Assembly: GCA_002069815.1 (NCBI GenBank)
Contig: MWCB01000004.1
Span: forward strand, 1 to 60,476
Direction: 5' to 3'
Source: Tenericutes bacterium ADurb.Bin239
GTDB lineage: Bacteria; Bacillota_I; Bacilli_A; RFN20; CAG-826
DNA length: 60,476 nucleotides
Part shown: positions 30,923 to 41,373 of the stretch, piece by piece
Layout: each line of letters opens with the position of its first letter
Numbering within the stretch: the stretch's first letter is position 1
Made by a program: the position numbers and the translations under genes
The notes under the pieces: model-generated
Databases searched by the model: none
Told to the model about the DNA's origin: nothing
Seen by the model: the letters and a program-made list of their open reading frames with translations, nothing else

Positions 30923-32410
30923 ATGTTCAAAAAAATATCAATTCGTAAAATAGTTCCATTATTACTCTTAACGATTGCTTTAGTGGGGTGTAAACCTACT
31001 CCGCAAAGCAGCGACACTTCTGAACCAGATACAACAACCGAGGAGGCAACAATGTTACACTTTACCTTTCCGTTCAATGATCCTGAAAACTATCCCTATC
31101 CCTACATCGGAGATGTTCACCCTTTTTACGACCAAGCAAGCGAAACGTGGTATATGTTTTATTTAGACACATCTGGTCAATTTCACTCCAAATTACTGAC
31201 AAGTAAAGATGGTGTTTCGTGGGTTGAAAACAAGGACTTTTGGATTTATAGTGGACTCCAAAATTATGCAGTACTTAATGTTTTTGAACGCGATGGCGTA
31301 TATTGGTCATACTACGCTGAATATCATGCAAGTCGGAGCACTGATTTAATTAATTGGTATTACGCAGGCGGCGAATATCAAATCCCGCATGATTCCGCGC
31401 AATTCCCGGGCGGAATGCGTGATCCCTCGGTTACGTATGACGAAGAAACAAACACATATTACGCGATCGGATTAAATTATCCACGGCGCATTTTCAGTGA
31501 AGGAATATATGAATCTAATCTAGCAATTACAAAAAGTATTGGTGATAATCAAAAAGCATGGGAACCGCATCATAATAAGGTTTTCGCTACTAACCTAATG
31601 AACAAAGACTTTGAATGTCCACAATTACTTAAGATTGGTAGAAGATGGTATGTTGTCGCTTCTCAATACGGCAATAGTATTCACGGTGTTGGTCGCACTA
31701 GTTATTTAATTGGTGACCTTGATAAAAATCCGTTTGAAATTAATTGGCAAACAAAAACGTTACACCATTTAACAACGGAAGACTTGTGTGCAGCGCAAAT
31801 TGCTAAAAAAGATGACAAGTTTTATATTTATGGTTGGATTCCAAAAGAACATAATCGCGGATTCTGGGGTGGATTTATTAATCTCCCCACAGAAGTATAT
31901 GCGTTAGAAGATGGAACACTTGCGACACGCTTTGATAGTGAATTTGCCGCGAAGGTTCGGGGTGCAAACGTCGATAAAATTGAAGAAGACATAACATTAA
32001 ATATTGGCGAAAAGGTAGAAGTTAACACTTTCAATCGTCTTGATAACGAATATCATTTTACAATGTCAGATGACGCTGTCCTTGAAATTAAACAAGAGAT
32101 TAATAATTATCGTATTGTTGTTACTAATTCGATAACAGCACCCAAGGTACAAGTGTTTACCGCGACATACAATTGCTTTACTTATGATTTAAGACCAGGT
32201 GCGCTAGCGGGTGATAACGTGCTACGTGTTCTTGGTGAAGGTCGAAACTTAGAAATAGCACTTAATGACACGTATGTGTTAACAAGTCGGATTGAGCGTA
32301 GTCTAACTTTAGACGGAGAAACAGATACAAATATTGTCGTAGCTAAACAAGGCACGATTAATTTAAGTTTAGTAAGTGCCAACAAACTAAAAAAACTCTC
32401 AGAATTATAA
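30923..32410 (+). CDS. Lipoprotein, divergent GH32-like hydrolase (paralog B)
   Basis: Lipobox ALVGC. Motifs YIGDVHPFY, MRDPSVTY and FECPQLL, plus YIYGWIPKEHNRGFWGG shared with paralogs C and D. Confidence 0.7.
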   Translation: MFKKISIRKIVPLLLLTIALVGCKPTPQSSDTSEPDTTTEEATMLHFTFPFNDPENYPYPYIGDVHPFYDQASETWYMFYLDTSGQFHSKLLTSKDGVSWVENKDFWIYSGLQNYAVLNVFERDGVYWSYYAEYHASRSTDLINWYYAGGEYQIPHDSAQFPGGMRDPSVTYDEETNTYYAIGLNYPRRIFSEGIYESNLAITKSIGDNQKAWEPHHNKVFATNLMNKDFECPQLLKIGRRWYVVASQYGNSIHGVGRTSYLIGDLDKNPFEINWQTKTLHHLTTEDLCAAQIAKKDDKFYIYGWIPKEHNRGFWGGFINLPTEVYALEDGTLATRFDSEFAAKVRGANVDKIEEDITLNIGEKVEVNTFNRLDNEYHFTMSDDAVLEIKQEINNYRIVVTNSITAPKVQVFTATYNCFTYDLRPGALAGDNVLRVLGEGRNLEIALNDTYVLTSRIERSLTLDGETDTNIVVAKQGTINLSLVSANKLKKLSEL

Positions 32411-32423
32411 AAAGGAGGAATTT

Positions 32424-34337
32424 ATGAGAAGAACACCAAAAATTGTGTTAGCGCTAGCAGCGTTCTTAATGCTTACTGCATGTCGAACAAGCAGCATTCC
32501 CGGAGAAATAAATCCTGATGATTATGTTTTCCGAGTTAACAAAACATGGGACCGCACTGGTATCCGTAATCATTATCATGGTGGATCGAATATTGGCCCC
32601 ATTGAATGGCTCTCAGTCGAACCATTAGTGCAATATGTCCGTAGTACGGATGAACTTCATTACTTACTCGCGGAAGAAATTATTCATAACGATGACCATA
32701 CTTCATTAATTAAAGTACGGCAAAATGCTAAATGGCATACAGGTGAAGATTTTACCGCTGAAGACGTAATTGCTTTCTTCCACATTAACTTTGTTAGTGT
32801 TACTAACTATATTGCTAAACCACTGGAAGAAGTTGACAACAAAACAGTGAAGATTACATGGAAAACGTGGATGGAACCAAATGCGAACGTGAAAAACCTT
32901 CTTCTTGCCGAAACCAAAGTTGGTTCAGTCCAATATAGTACGTTTAAATCGGTTGTGGACCGATGTCAAGAAATATTACGTTCCCAAGAACGAGCGCCAG
33001 AAGGTTATAACGACTGGGCTCCATTTGGCTACATTAACTCTAAAGCAAGCGAAACATTATATATGGAAAATTACAACACCTTTAGAGCAATGAACCCAAA
33101 AACATTCGTGGCCACTGGTCCGTTTAAAGTTGAACGTGTTACTCAAAATCAAATGGTTTTAGTGCGCAATAAAGATTATTATTTCGCTGATAACATTAAG
33201 TTTGGAACAGTGTTAGGCTACAATACCCCAGATATTAACGGTATTTATAACCTGTTATCCACGGATAAAATTGACTATCAAGACGGACTTGCTCCCGAAG
33301 CAACGCTTAATTCAATCTTAACGCAAAATCCAAAATTAACGCACCTCAAGATGTTTGATCCAGGCGCGATTGGATTAGTGTTTAATTTAGAAAAGGAAAT
33401 TTGGGCCCCTAAAGTACGTGAAGCTTTCCAATATCTTTTCAATCGCGAAGAAATGAAAAACGCCGGTAATAAATATGGCATTACTTCAAATTTCCCACTT
33501 GTGGGTATGGCTCCAAGTGAAGCAAAAGCGTGGATGAAAGAAAGTGATTATAATCGTATACCAACGTATACTTTCGATCAAAACAGAGCCGCGCAGCTTT
33601 TAAACGAAGCGGGCTGGACTAAATCGGGTGGTAAATGGATGGTTGGTGGTGTACCTGTTAAATTATCACTGGGATATGATGGCAGTCACCCTGGCATGAG
33701 CGGAGTGGCAGAAGGCGTTTCAAGTACACTTAATACTTTCGGTATTGAATTAGTGTTAAAACGCGCCGCTGATTTTGGAACATGGTTTGATACCGCTAAA
33801 ACCCAAGAAAGTGTGTATGACTTTGTTGTTAATTGGACGGATTTAAATATGTCGTTCTCTTATCCAACCGGATCATTTAATTACGTTTTAAATGACATCA
33901 ATGGTCCAATTATGCATCTCCAATATTTCACCCAAGAAGATTACGAAAATGGAATTATTGATGACGAAAGATTAATTGGTAAACCAAAACTCACCTTACC
34001 AAAGGCTGACGGAAGTGGTGAAACTTTCCGCATTAGTGAGTACTTACCAACAATGTATTCGTTAACTGAAGAAGAACTTCACGCGCGACTTGCGGATATG
34101 GTCCTTGGTTTAGCGTCCCAAAACTTTGGGTTATCATTCTATCAAAACGTTACTGGATCATTCTTAAATAAAGATCTAATTGCAACGTTGCCGTTACAAG
34201 AACACATTGCCCAAAATCGCAATGTTACGTATGTTCCTGAAGTTGGCAGCGATGATTTCTACGCTGTCGCGCGGACGAACCTATGGTTCTCCCAAGGTAT
34301 TGTCTTCTCCAAAGGATATTACGAACCTCGTCCCTAA
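32424..34337 (+). CDS. Family-5 (peptide/nickel/oligosaccharide, Opp/Dpp-type) ABC substrate-binding lipoprotein
   Basis: Lipobox LMLTAC; 637 aa. It is followed directly by OppB/C/D/F-type components. Confidence 0.75.
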   Translation: MRRTPKIVLALAAFLMLTACRTSSIPGEINPDDYVFRVNKTWDRTGIRNHYHGGSNIGPIEWLSVEPLVQYVRSTDELHYLLAEEIIHNDDHTSLIKVRQNAKWHTGEDFTAEDVIAFFHINFVSVTNYIAKPLEEVDNKTVKITWKTWMEPNANVKNLLLAETKVGSVQYSTFKSVVDRCQEILRSQERAPEGYNDWAPFGYINSKASETLYMENYNTFRAMNPKTFVATGPFKVERVTQNQMVLVRNKDYYFADNIKFGTVLGYNTPDINGIYNLLSTDKIDYQDGLAPEATLNSILTQNPKLTHLKMFDPGAIGLVFNLEKEIWAPKVREAFQYLFNREEMKNAGNKYGITSNFPLVGMAPSEAKAWMKESDYNRIPTYTFDQNRAAQLLNEAGWTKSGGKWMVGGVPVKLSLGYDGSHPGMSGVAEGVSSTLNTFGIELVLKRAADFGTWFDTAKTQESVYDFVVNWTDLNMSFSYPTGSFNYVLNDINGPIMHLQYFTQEDYENGIIDDERLIGKPKLTLPKADGSGETFRISEYLPTMYSLTEEELHARLADMVLGLASQNFGLSFYQNVTGSFLNKDLIATLPLQEHIAQNRNVTYVPEVGSDDFYAVARTNLWFSQGIVFSKGYYEPRP

Positions 34338-34351
34338 ATAAAGGAGCATAA

Positions 34352-35422
34352 ATGGAAAACAAAAAACCAAAGAGAGTAAAACAAGCACTGATTGCCATTG
34401 GTACATTCATTAGAGATTTTCTCTTTAAAACACGATTCTTATGGCGACGAATCGGCTTTGCCCTTATTACGCTTTTATTAGCGACTATCTTTGGTTTTTT
34501 CCTTATTAAAATGATGCCAGGCGACCCTGTCACAATGTTTGCTAAACGATTAAGTGACGAACGGCGGATTCCAATGGATGAAGCATATCGCCTGGCCACA
34601 ATGCTTTTAAACTATGACCCTAACGCTACTGTTTGGCAACAATTTGGTCGTTATGTCAGCGGTTTAGTTAAGGGTGATTTTGGCACATCAATGTACCGGA
34701 ACGACGTTACGGTTACTGTTATCATCAAGAACTTTCTCCCCTGGACGTTATTTATTTCAAGTCTTGCCCTTCTTCTTAGTTTTCTAGTTGGTATTTTAAT
34801 GGGCGGACGCATGGCTTATAAACGCAAAGGTTTTTTCAACGCTGGTGCTAATAGTTTCATCGTCGTTTCCGGTGCTGTTCCTGATTATTTGTGGGGAATG
34901 ATATTAATCTTTATCTTCGGTGTAACATTACGCTGGTTCCCCATTCAAGGAAATTATGATATTCTCCTTGAACTCAAAGGCTGGCCTTTTATCACTAATG
35001 TTTTATATCACGCCTTTCTCCCCATTATTGCTTTTTCAATTGTGCAAATTGGCGGTTGGGCGTTAGCGATGCGCGGCTCTGCTCTCGGGGTTCTTGGTGA
35101 AGACTATATTTATGCGGCAAAAGCGCGCGGACTTAGTGAACGCACGATTGTATCACGCTACTTGCGTAAAAACTCACTTTTACCCCTTATTACTTCACTA
35201 GCGATGTCATTTGCCGTTCTCTTTGGTGGTTCGCCGCTGATGGAAACAATCTTTAACTATCCAGGCTTTGGTAGCGAATTCTCGAAAGCGATTGGAACGC
35301 GTGATTATTTCTTAATTCAAGGCTTAATGGTATTTATGAGTTTTGTCATGATTCTGGCAAACTTAATTGCTGATTCACTTTATTCAATTATTGATCCACG
35401 GATTCGGAGGGATAACACCTAA
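34352..35422 (+). CDS. ABC permease, OppB/DppB type
   Basis: N-terminal FGFFLIKMMPGDPV motif typical of DppB/OppB, with 6 TM segments. Confidence 0.85.
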   Translation: MENKKPKRVKQALIAIGTFIRDFLFKTRFLWRRIGFALITLLLATIFGFFLIKMMPGDPVTMFAKRLSDERRIPMDEAYRLATMLLNYDPNATVWQQFGRYVSGLVKGDFGTSMYRNDVTVTVIIKNFLPWTLFISSLALLLSFLVGILMGGRMAYKRKGFFNAGANSFIVVSGAVPDYLWGMILIFIFGVTLRWFPIQGNYDILLELKGWPFITNVLYHAFLPIIAFSIVQIGGWALAMRGSALGVLGEDYIYAAKARGLSERTIVSRYLRKNSLLPLITSLAMSFAVLFGGSPLMETIFNYPGFGSEFSKAIGTRDYFLIQGLMVFMSFVMILANLIADSLYSIIDPRIRRDNT

Positions 35423-36330
35423 TGAAAGACGTTAGAATACGTTTTAAGAAAAGTATGATCCGCTTTTGGAAAAGTTTTAAAAGTGGTGTAGTGAGACTAT
35501 ATAAAACATTAACTTATAACACGAAAACAAAAGTAGGACTTGCTATTTTACTTCTCTTTGTCATTGGCGCTTTTATTGGTCCTGTTATTTTTCCGTATAG
35601 TCCACTTACCAACGAAGTGAATAAATTTGCCCCGCCATCCGCTGAGCATTGGTTAGGTACTGATAACTTAGGTCGTGACTTATTTAGACAGATGTTATAC
35701 GGTAGTCGTGATGTATTAGTTATTGCCTTATTAACATCAGTTTTCACAATTATTATTGCGGTCACCATCGGTATTTCTAGCGGATTCATCGGTGGAATAT
35801 ATGACCGAATTATTCAAACGATAACTAACCTCTTTTTAACCATTCCAAGCTTTCCAATTATGATTATAATGGCCTCATTCTTTACGATTGAAGAGCCGGT
35901 ATCTTTTGCGCTCGTTTTAAGTATTTGGAACTGGGCCGGATTATCGCGGGCAATCCGTGCCCAAGTCATTTCCTTGAAAGAACGTGACTTTATTCAAATA
36001 TGTAATGTTATGGGTATGCGTAAAAGTCATATCATATTTAAAGAATTAATGCCGAATATATCCTCGTATATTTTCATTAATTTTATTCTAATTATGCGGA
36101 ACGCAATTACCGCAAGTGTTGGAATTATGATGCTTGGCTTAGCAGCGTTTGAACCATCAAACTGGGGCGCCATTCTTTTACGCGCTAAAGACATTGGAGC
36201 GCTTTTAATTCCCGAAGCAACACTATTTTGGTTAACGCCAATTATTGCTATTGCTTTATTTCAAACGGGCTCAATCTTACTTGCAAGCGGACTCGATGAA
36301 ACACTAAATCCGCGATTACGGAGGAACTAA
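35422..36330 (+). CDS. ABC permease, OppC/DppC type
   Basis: EHWLGTDNLGRDLFRQMLYGSR motif typical of OppC/DppC. Confidence 0.85.
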   Translation: MKDVRIRFKKSMIRFWKSFKSGVVRLYKTLTYNTKTKVGLAILLLFVIGAFIGPVIFPYSPLTNEVNKFAPPSAEHWLGTDNLGRDLFRQMLYGSRDVLVIALLTSVFTIIIAVTIGISSGFIGGIYDRIIQTITNLFLTIPSFPIMIIMASFFTIEEPVSFALVLSIWNWAGLSRAIRAQVISLKERDFIQICNVMGMRKSHIIFKELMPNISSYIFINFILIMRNAITASVGIMMLGLAAFEPSNWGAILLRAKDIGALLIPEATLFWLTPIIAIALFQTGSILLASGLDETLNPRLRRN

Positions 36331-37373
36331 TGATTAATCAAGAAACAAGGTTATATCCGTATAGTGAAGATTACATTTTAGAAATCAATAATTTATTAAT
36401 TGATTACAAAATGAAAAAAATCACGCTCCGTGCGAACAATAACATTAATTTAAAGATTCGCCGTAATTCTTTCACCGCGTTTGTAGGCGAGTCAGGAAGC
36501 GGGAAAACAACGCTGGCGGTTTCCTTTATTGATGCCCTAGTCGAACCAGGCGAAGTCACTGGTGGCGAAATAGTTTTCCATTCAAAAGATGGAACATCAG
36601 TTAATTTATCAGATGAAAGCGCTGATTTTAAACGCAAATTCCGGTGGGAAAAAATTTCGATGGTTTTCCAAGGGGCGCAAAGCTCGTTAAATCCAGTTAT
36701 GACCATTTATAGTCAATTTAAAGAAACGTATTTAGCGCATCGTCCTCAAACTAAAGATGACATTATTAGAGCGAAAACAATTGAAGTTTTAAATATTGTT
36801 AACTTAGATGCCCTTCACATTATGCGCATGTATCCCCATGAATTAAGTGGTGGGATGAAACAAAGAGTAATGATTGCTTTTGCGCTGCTCCTTGATCCTG
36901 AATTAATTATTTTAGATGAGCCAACAACCGCACTTGATGTTATTACGCAAGAAACAATCTTCCGCATCTTAAAACGAATTAATGAAGAGATGGGAATTAC
37001 GATGGTGTTATTAACTCACGATATTGCAGTAGTAGCGACGTACGCTGATTATATTGCGGTGATGTATGGTGGTGAAATTATGGAATTTGGCAGTGTGTAT
37101 GATGTCTTTGCCAAAAAACACCACCCTTATACTGAAGGATTAATTCGTGCAACCCCATCTTTAATTGGTACCCTTGATGAAATGCGTCCAATTGAAGGTA
37201 ATCCCATTAGCCTAGTGGAACCATGTCATCACTGTGTGTTCGCCGCTCGTTGTGAAAAACGATTTGAACCGTGTAAAGAAGGGAAACCAAACCTTACCAA
37301 AATCGGCAAAGATCACTATGTTAAGTGTTACTTATTTGATAAAGAATACAAACGAAAGGGGGAAAAGGCATGA
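36330..37373 (+). CDS. ABC ATPase, OppD/DppD type
   Basis: Walker A GESGSGKTT, signature LSGGMKQRV, Walker B ILDEPTTALD, and a C-terminal HPYTEGL oligopeptide-type extension carrying Cys residues. Confidence 0.88.
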   Translation: MINQETRLYPYSEDYILEINNLLIDYKMKKITLRANNNINLKIRRNSFTAFVGESGSGKTTLAVSFIDALVEPGEVTGGEIVFHSKDGTSVNLSDESADFKRKFRWEKISMVFQGAQSSLNPVMTIYSQFKETYLAHRPQTKDDIIRAKTIEVLNIVNLDALHIMRMYPHELSGGMKQRVMIAFALLLDPELIILDEPTTALDVITQETIFRILKRINEEMGITMVLLTHDIAVVATYADYIAVMYGGEIMEFGSVYDVFAKKHHPYTEGLIRATPSLIGTLDEMRPIEGNPISLVEPCHHCVFAARCEKRFEPCKEGKPNLTKIGKDHYVKCYLFDKEYKRKGEKA

Positions 37374-38362
37374 AAAAGCCACTAATTGAATTAGTAGATA
37401 TTGACATGTATTTTACCCGCAGTAAAAGTTTGTTGCATAAGGAACGAAGAGTACACGTCTTAAAGAAATTGAACCTTAATATTTATGAGGGCGAAATTTT
37501 AGCAGTTGTAGGTGAATCAGGCTGTGGTAAGACAACCGTTGGGCGAATTATTACTGGACTATTAAAACCAACACGCGGAAATCTTCTTTATGAAGGTGAA
37601 AGTGCCATTAATATCCTTAATATGAAAAGTAAAGCATACAAAGACGCAGTTCAATTTATCCAACAAGATAGTTATGCGGCCCTTAATCCCGTAAGAACGA
37701 TTTTCCAATCGCTTTCCGCACCAATTAAGACTAAAAATCGCAAGATGACTCATGATGAAGTTTATGATGAAGTGTATCAAAACTTAGTAAAGGTCGGGCT
37801 GACTCCTCCCGAAGAAATCTTAATGAAATATCCACATCAATTAAGTGGGGGACAGCGGCAGAGAGTATTAATGGCACGAGCCATTTCGTTAAAACCAAAA
37901 CTTATTGTTGCGGACGAACCAGTTAGTATGATTGACGTTTCCTTACGACTTTCGATTTTAAACTTAATGATGGATTTGAATAAACAATTAAATATTTCGT
38001 TTGTCTATATTACTCATGACTTAGCGACAGCACGGTATATCGCTAATAAAGGGCGAATCGCCGTTATGTATTTGGGAGAAATTGTAGAATTAGCACCAGT
38101 TGAAGATTTACTTGCTAATCCGCGCCATCCTTATACCCAAGCTCTGCTTGCCGCTGTGCCAATTCCTGATCCAGTCTTAGCTAAACGCGACCGTGTTGTG
38201 CCGATTAAACAAGCTGAACATATGGATTTAACAAATAGAGCGGATGGCTGTAGTTTTTATCCGCGCTGTCCATACGGTAAAGAAGAATGCACGAAAGGAG
38301 ATATTCCTTATAAGAGTGTAGGAAACACGAAATATAAATGCGTAAAGGATGTTAAAAAATGA
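37370..38362 (+). CDS. ABC ATPase, OppF/DppF type
   Basis: Walker A GESGCGKTT, signature LSGGQRQRV, Walker B VADEPVSMID and C-terminal HPYTQALL. Confidence 0.88.
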   Translation: MKKPLIELVDIDMYFTRSKSLLHKERRVHVLKKLNLNIYEGEILAVVGESGCGKTTVGRIITGLLKPTRGNLLYEGESAINILNMKSKAYKDAVQFIQQDSYAALNPVRTIFQSLSAPIKTKNRKMTHDEVYDEVYQNLVKVGLTPPEEILMKYPHQLSGGQRQRVLMARAISLKPKLIVADEPVSMIDVSLRLSILNLMMDLNKQLNISFVYITHDLATARYIANKGRIAVMYLGEIVELAPVEDLLANPRHPYTQALLAAVPIPDPVLAKRDRVVPIKQAEHMDLTNRADGCSFYPRCPYGKEECTKGDIPYKSVGNTKYKCVKDVKK

Positions 38363-38532
38363 GATATTTCTTTAGTTTCTCCATTATTATAGTTGTGTTT
38401 TCGATTGTGACTTTACTTTATAGCGAGGCACACACCAAGGAACGGTTAATATCGTTTATCTCTTTAGGCGTAGGTCTTTTAGTGTTAGTTGTTAGTAGCG
38501 TCATTATGTATCGGAGGAAATATGTCCAATAA
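38359..38532 (+). CDS. Candidate 57-aa two-TM small membrane protein
   Basis: Its ATG overlaps the oppF-like TGA (ATGA). It reads MRYFFSFSIIIVVFSIVTLLYSEAHTKERLISFISLGVGLLVLVVSSVIMYRRKYVQ. It fills an otherwise empty 160-nt gap, and its end overlaps the next gene's start. It was hand-translated and is not in the supplied ORF track. Confidence 0.35.
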   Translation: MRYFFSFSIIIVVFSIVTLLYSEAHTKERLISFISLGVGLLVLVVSSVIMYRRKYVQ

Positions 38533-40525
38533 AGTCTTCCCTATAATGTTAGCGTTTAGCACCATTCTTATGAGTGCGTGCAGTCTTGGTTTTGGCGGAA
38601 AAGAAAAAGTTGCCGCATACCATGAACTGTATGATCGTTTTCCGACGCGAAGAATATTTAAAATGCCCGCAAACCATACGAAAGCTCATTATGGTTATAC
38701 GGAAAATGATAGACAAGGTCATCATTCATGGTATTACGGGCAATACACGAAACAAGGCTTTGTTGAAGTGCCTTATAATGAGAAAAAACAAGAATTTACC
38801 AATAGTGAAGTACGACTTAACGGCGCCTTTATGGAAGGGGGCGGGGCGACAAGATGTTGGATTGCTAAATATAGCGGAAGAATAGTCGTTGATGGAAAGT
38901 TTATCGCTAAAGAAAAATCAGTATTACTTATTATGCTTCGTAACGTCATTATGGCCGAATACGAAATACCGAAAAATGCCACCAAATACATTGAAATTTC
39001 GCTCACAATTGATTTTAAAGAAGAACTATATTTCATTGTAAATGGAAGTGCCTTATTTAATCCAACGATTCATTTTGGGACAAAAGATGATACACCGCTT
39101 CATTATGATTCAGCGGTTGATACAAGTTATCCCCATGTTGGTGATGTTCATCCTCTATACGTAGACGGACAATTACGCAATTATTATTTATCGACTAATG
39201 GTTATTTTACCGCGGATATGGTGATTAGTGATGACTTAGTGGTGTTCCGTGATACACATACGAAGGCATCAACGACAAATCCACCGATGACCGAAGGCTT
39301 TGCTACACACGTCTTTAAATACAAAGATGTATATTATAGTTACTACGGCGCTTATAATCGTTATGAACGCACCAAAAGCATTAACGGCTTTCTCTTTGAA
39401 AACGGCGTAGAGATAGATGAAAAAGTTAATGTTCTCGGTCATTTTAATATTGATGAAAGATACATTTGGGGTCGTGACCCCTATACGTTCTTTGATCCTG
39501 ATATTAATAAATATCGTATCGTATCACTAAATTATATTAAAGACCGAACTTCAACATCATATCCCGAAATAGATCTTGCTCTTTATACAAGTATTAATAA
39601 CGAGCCACATTTATTTTCAAGTAATGCGATACCCCTTCTTAATTTAGGAGTAACAAATAATGAACCAGAAGTACCAATGATGATGAAAATAAATAAGCGC
39701 TGGTATTTATTTGCTTGCCTCAGTGGGCGCACGCATAACGGCGTAGGCCCATTATCTTATTGGATAGGGGACGAAAATAAAAAGATTGAAAAAGTTGATT
39801 GGAATAGTAAAAAAGAACACATCTTAACGGGAGAAGATTTGTGCGCTGCGCAAATTGCCAAAGTTAGAGGGCGCTATTATCTTTATGGCTGGATTGCCCA
39901 AGACCACATTAATTCGCGCTGGGGTGGAACGATTAATATTCCCCAAGAAGTGTATCAGCAGGAAGACGGGACCCTTGGCGTTCGGCTTGATGAGTACCTT
40001 ACGGAAAAACTATCAAAAGGTACGATATCTGATGTATTCCTTGATTCTTATGCTACGAATGATTTATTCGATAAAGATACAAAAACACTGCAAAAAGCCA
40101 ATAAAAATAACACATTTGCATCTTTAGCGCTCACAAGTAAACATAAACGGGCGCTAATTAGAGCTAAACTTTCTAACTTAGGAAACGATGCCGTCACTGG
40201 TATTGAGATAAATAACAACGGAAACATATATCAAGTCCGATATAGTTCTAAATCAAATAATATTCAAGTTATAAAAAAGGGGGTGGGAACAGCTTTTAGC
40301 AAGTATGAGACAGACACAGAAAGTCATAATGAATTAGATTTTGTCGTTATAGCTGAAGGAAGTATTCTTGAGGCGTTCATCAATGGGCGCTATGCGCTAA
40401 GTGCACGAATTGATGAAACATTAACTAATTTTGACGTTAGTGTTTATACGACAAAAAACGAAATTCAGCTTGACGAATTTAAAGTTAGCCAATTGGCAAC
40501 CAAAAATAATTTTCAAGATAATTAA
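38522..40525 (+). CDS. Lipoprotein with an N-terminal extra domain and a divergent GH32-like hydrolase module (paralog C)
   Basis: Lipobox ILMSAC, reached from the ATG at 38522 (RBS ggagga). Motifs HVGDVHPLY, GRDPYTFF and EPEVPMMM (EVP in place of ECP). LTGEDLCAAQIAK...YLYGWI is shared with paralog B. Confidence 0.65.
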   Translation: MSNKVFPIMLAFSTILMSACSLGFGGKEKVAAYHELYDRFPTRRIFKMPANHTKAHYGYTENDRQGHHSWYYGQYTKQGFVEVPYNEKKQEFTNSEVRLNGAFMEGGGATRCWIAKYSGRIVVDGKFIAKEKSVLLIMLRNVIMAEYEIPKNATKYIEISLTIDFKEELYFIVNGSALFNPTIHFGTKDDTPLHYDSAVDTSYPHVGDVHPLYVDGQLRNYYLSTNGYFTADMVISDDLVVFRDTHTKASTTNPPMTEGFATHVFKYKDVYYSYYGAYNRYERTKSINGFLFENGVEIDEKVNVLGHFNIDERYIWGRDPYTFFDPDINKYRIVSLNYIKDRTSTSYPEIDLALYTSINNEPHLFSSNAIPLLNLGVTNNEPEVPMMMKINKRWYLFACLSGRTHNGVGPLSYWIGDENKKIEKVDWNSKKEHILTGEDLCAAQIAKVRGRYYLYGWIAQDHINSRWGGTINIPQEVYQQEDGTLGVRLDEYLTEKLSKGTISDVFLDSYATNDLFDKDTKTLQKANKNNTFASLALTSKHKRALIRAKLSNLGNDAVTGIEINNNGNIYQVRYSSKSNNIQVIKKGVGTAFSKYETDTESHNELDFVVIAEGSILEAFINGRYALSARIDETLTNFDVSVYTTKNEIQLDEFKVSQLATKNNFQDN

Positions 40526-40539
40526 TGAAAGGAGTTATT

Positions 40540-41373
40540 ATGAAAAAGAAAATTGGATTACTATTAATTTTATCGCTTTTAACCATTACTGGTTGTAAAG
40601 ACAAACCATCATCAGAAGCACCACAAAGCGAAAGCCCAGTATCAACACCCGTTTCTAGTTCAGAGGAAGAACGCGTTGTTCAAACATATATTGATTGGGA
40701 CTTTGATGAATTAGCGGTTGGTGATGATATTCCAAATACCGCGACTGAAGGTGCTGGTTTTGCGGCTTTCCGCAAAGATGACAATAATGAAGTTTGGGTT
40801 CGTTCGAAAAACCCACAAGATTGGGCGGCAGTATATTTTGGAACTCCCGACCCAGTTGAAGGTGGCGAAATCTTCCTTAAAGACTTTGCGGTCATTAGTG
40901 AAGCATTGCTACCAAGTGCTACTGCGGCCGACGGCTCATCAAATGACGGCGGGTTCCCGCTTTTAGTGGGAGCAGTTGGACGGTATGATGCCGCTGTGGC
41001 ATTTAACGGTGAAAACTCATCAGTTAACCTTTGGCATGCTGGTAATACCGATGGTGGCCCAGTTGCCACAACCCAACACAATGAAGCGTGGGGAGATCGT
41101 GGTAGCAAGGTTGAATCATTAACCCTTGAACAAGATGTCGTTTATACCTTTACCGTCGCGGGAAAATATCAAGGAATGACCGCCGAAGGTGATGAATACT
41201 TCACCATCTATGTTTTCGTTGATGATCTTCTAGTTATTGAAAAAGCCGACATCGCTTACTGGACCGGTGGATTTGGACTCCGTGGCTGGCAATCCGCAGT
41301 TGAATACAATTCAATTAAAGTCACCGATTTCCCACTTGTGTGTCCAGATGGTATTGACCACTATAGCGCCTAA
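40540..41373 (+). CDS. Lipoprotein with a concanavalin-A-like/LamG (DUF1080-like) beta-sandwich
   Basis: Lipobox LTITGC, reached from the ATG at 40540 (RBS gaaaggag), followed by a Ser/Pro-rich linker. The C-terminal pattern GGFGLRGWQSAVEYNSIKVTDF resembles the G-x-IGLQ...V-x-F-x-N-I-x-I ending of DUF1080/3-keto-disaccharide hydrolase-like domains. Confidence 0.55.
   Translation: MKKKIGLLLILSLLTITGCKDKPSSEAPQSESPVSTPVSSSEEERVVQTYIDWDFDELAVGDDIPNTATEGAGFAAFRKDDNNEVWVRSKNPQDWAAVYFGTPDPVEGGEIFLKDFAVISEALLPSATAADGSSNDGGFPLLVGAVGRYDAAVAFNGENSSVNLWHAGNTDGGPVATTQHNEAWGDRGSKVESLTLEQDVVYTFTVAGKYQGMTAEGDEYFTIYVFVDDLLVIEKADIAYWTGGFGLRGWQSAVEYNSIKVTDFPLVCPDGIDHYSA

Noticed and set aside
34225-34599. 124-aa minus-strand ORF spanning the SBP / OppB-like junction
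   Set aside because: It is antisense to two tightly spaced, strongly supported genes. Its translation is Arg/Ile-rich and low in complexity, and it has no RBS.
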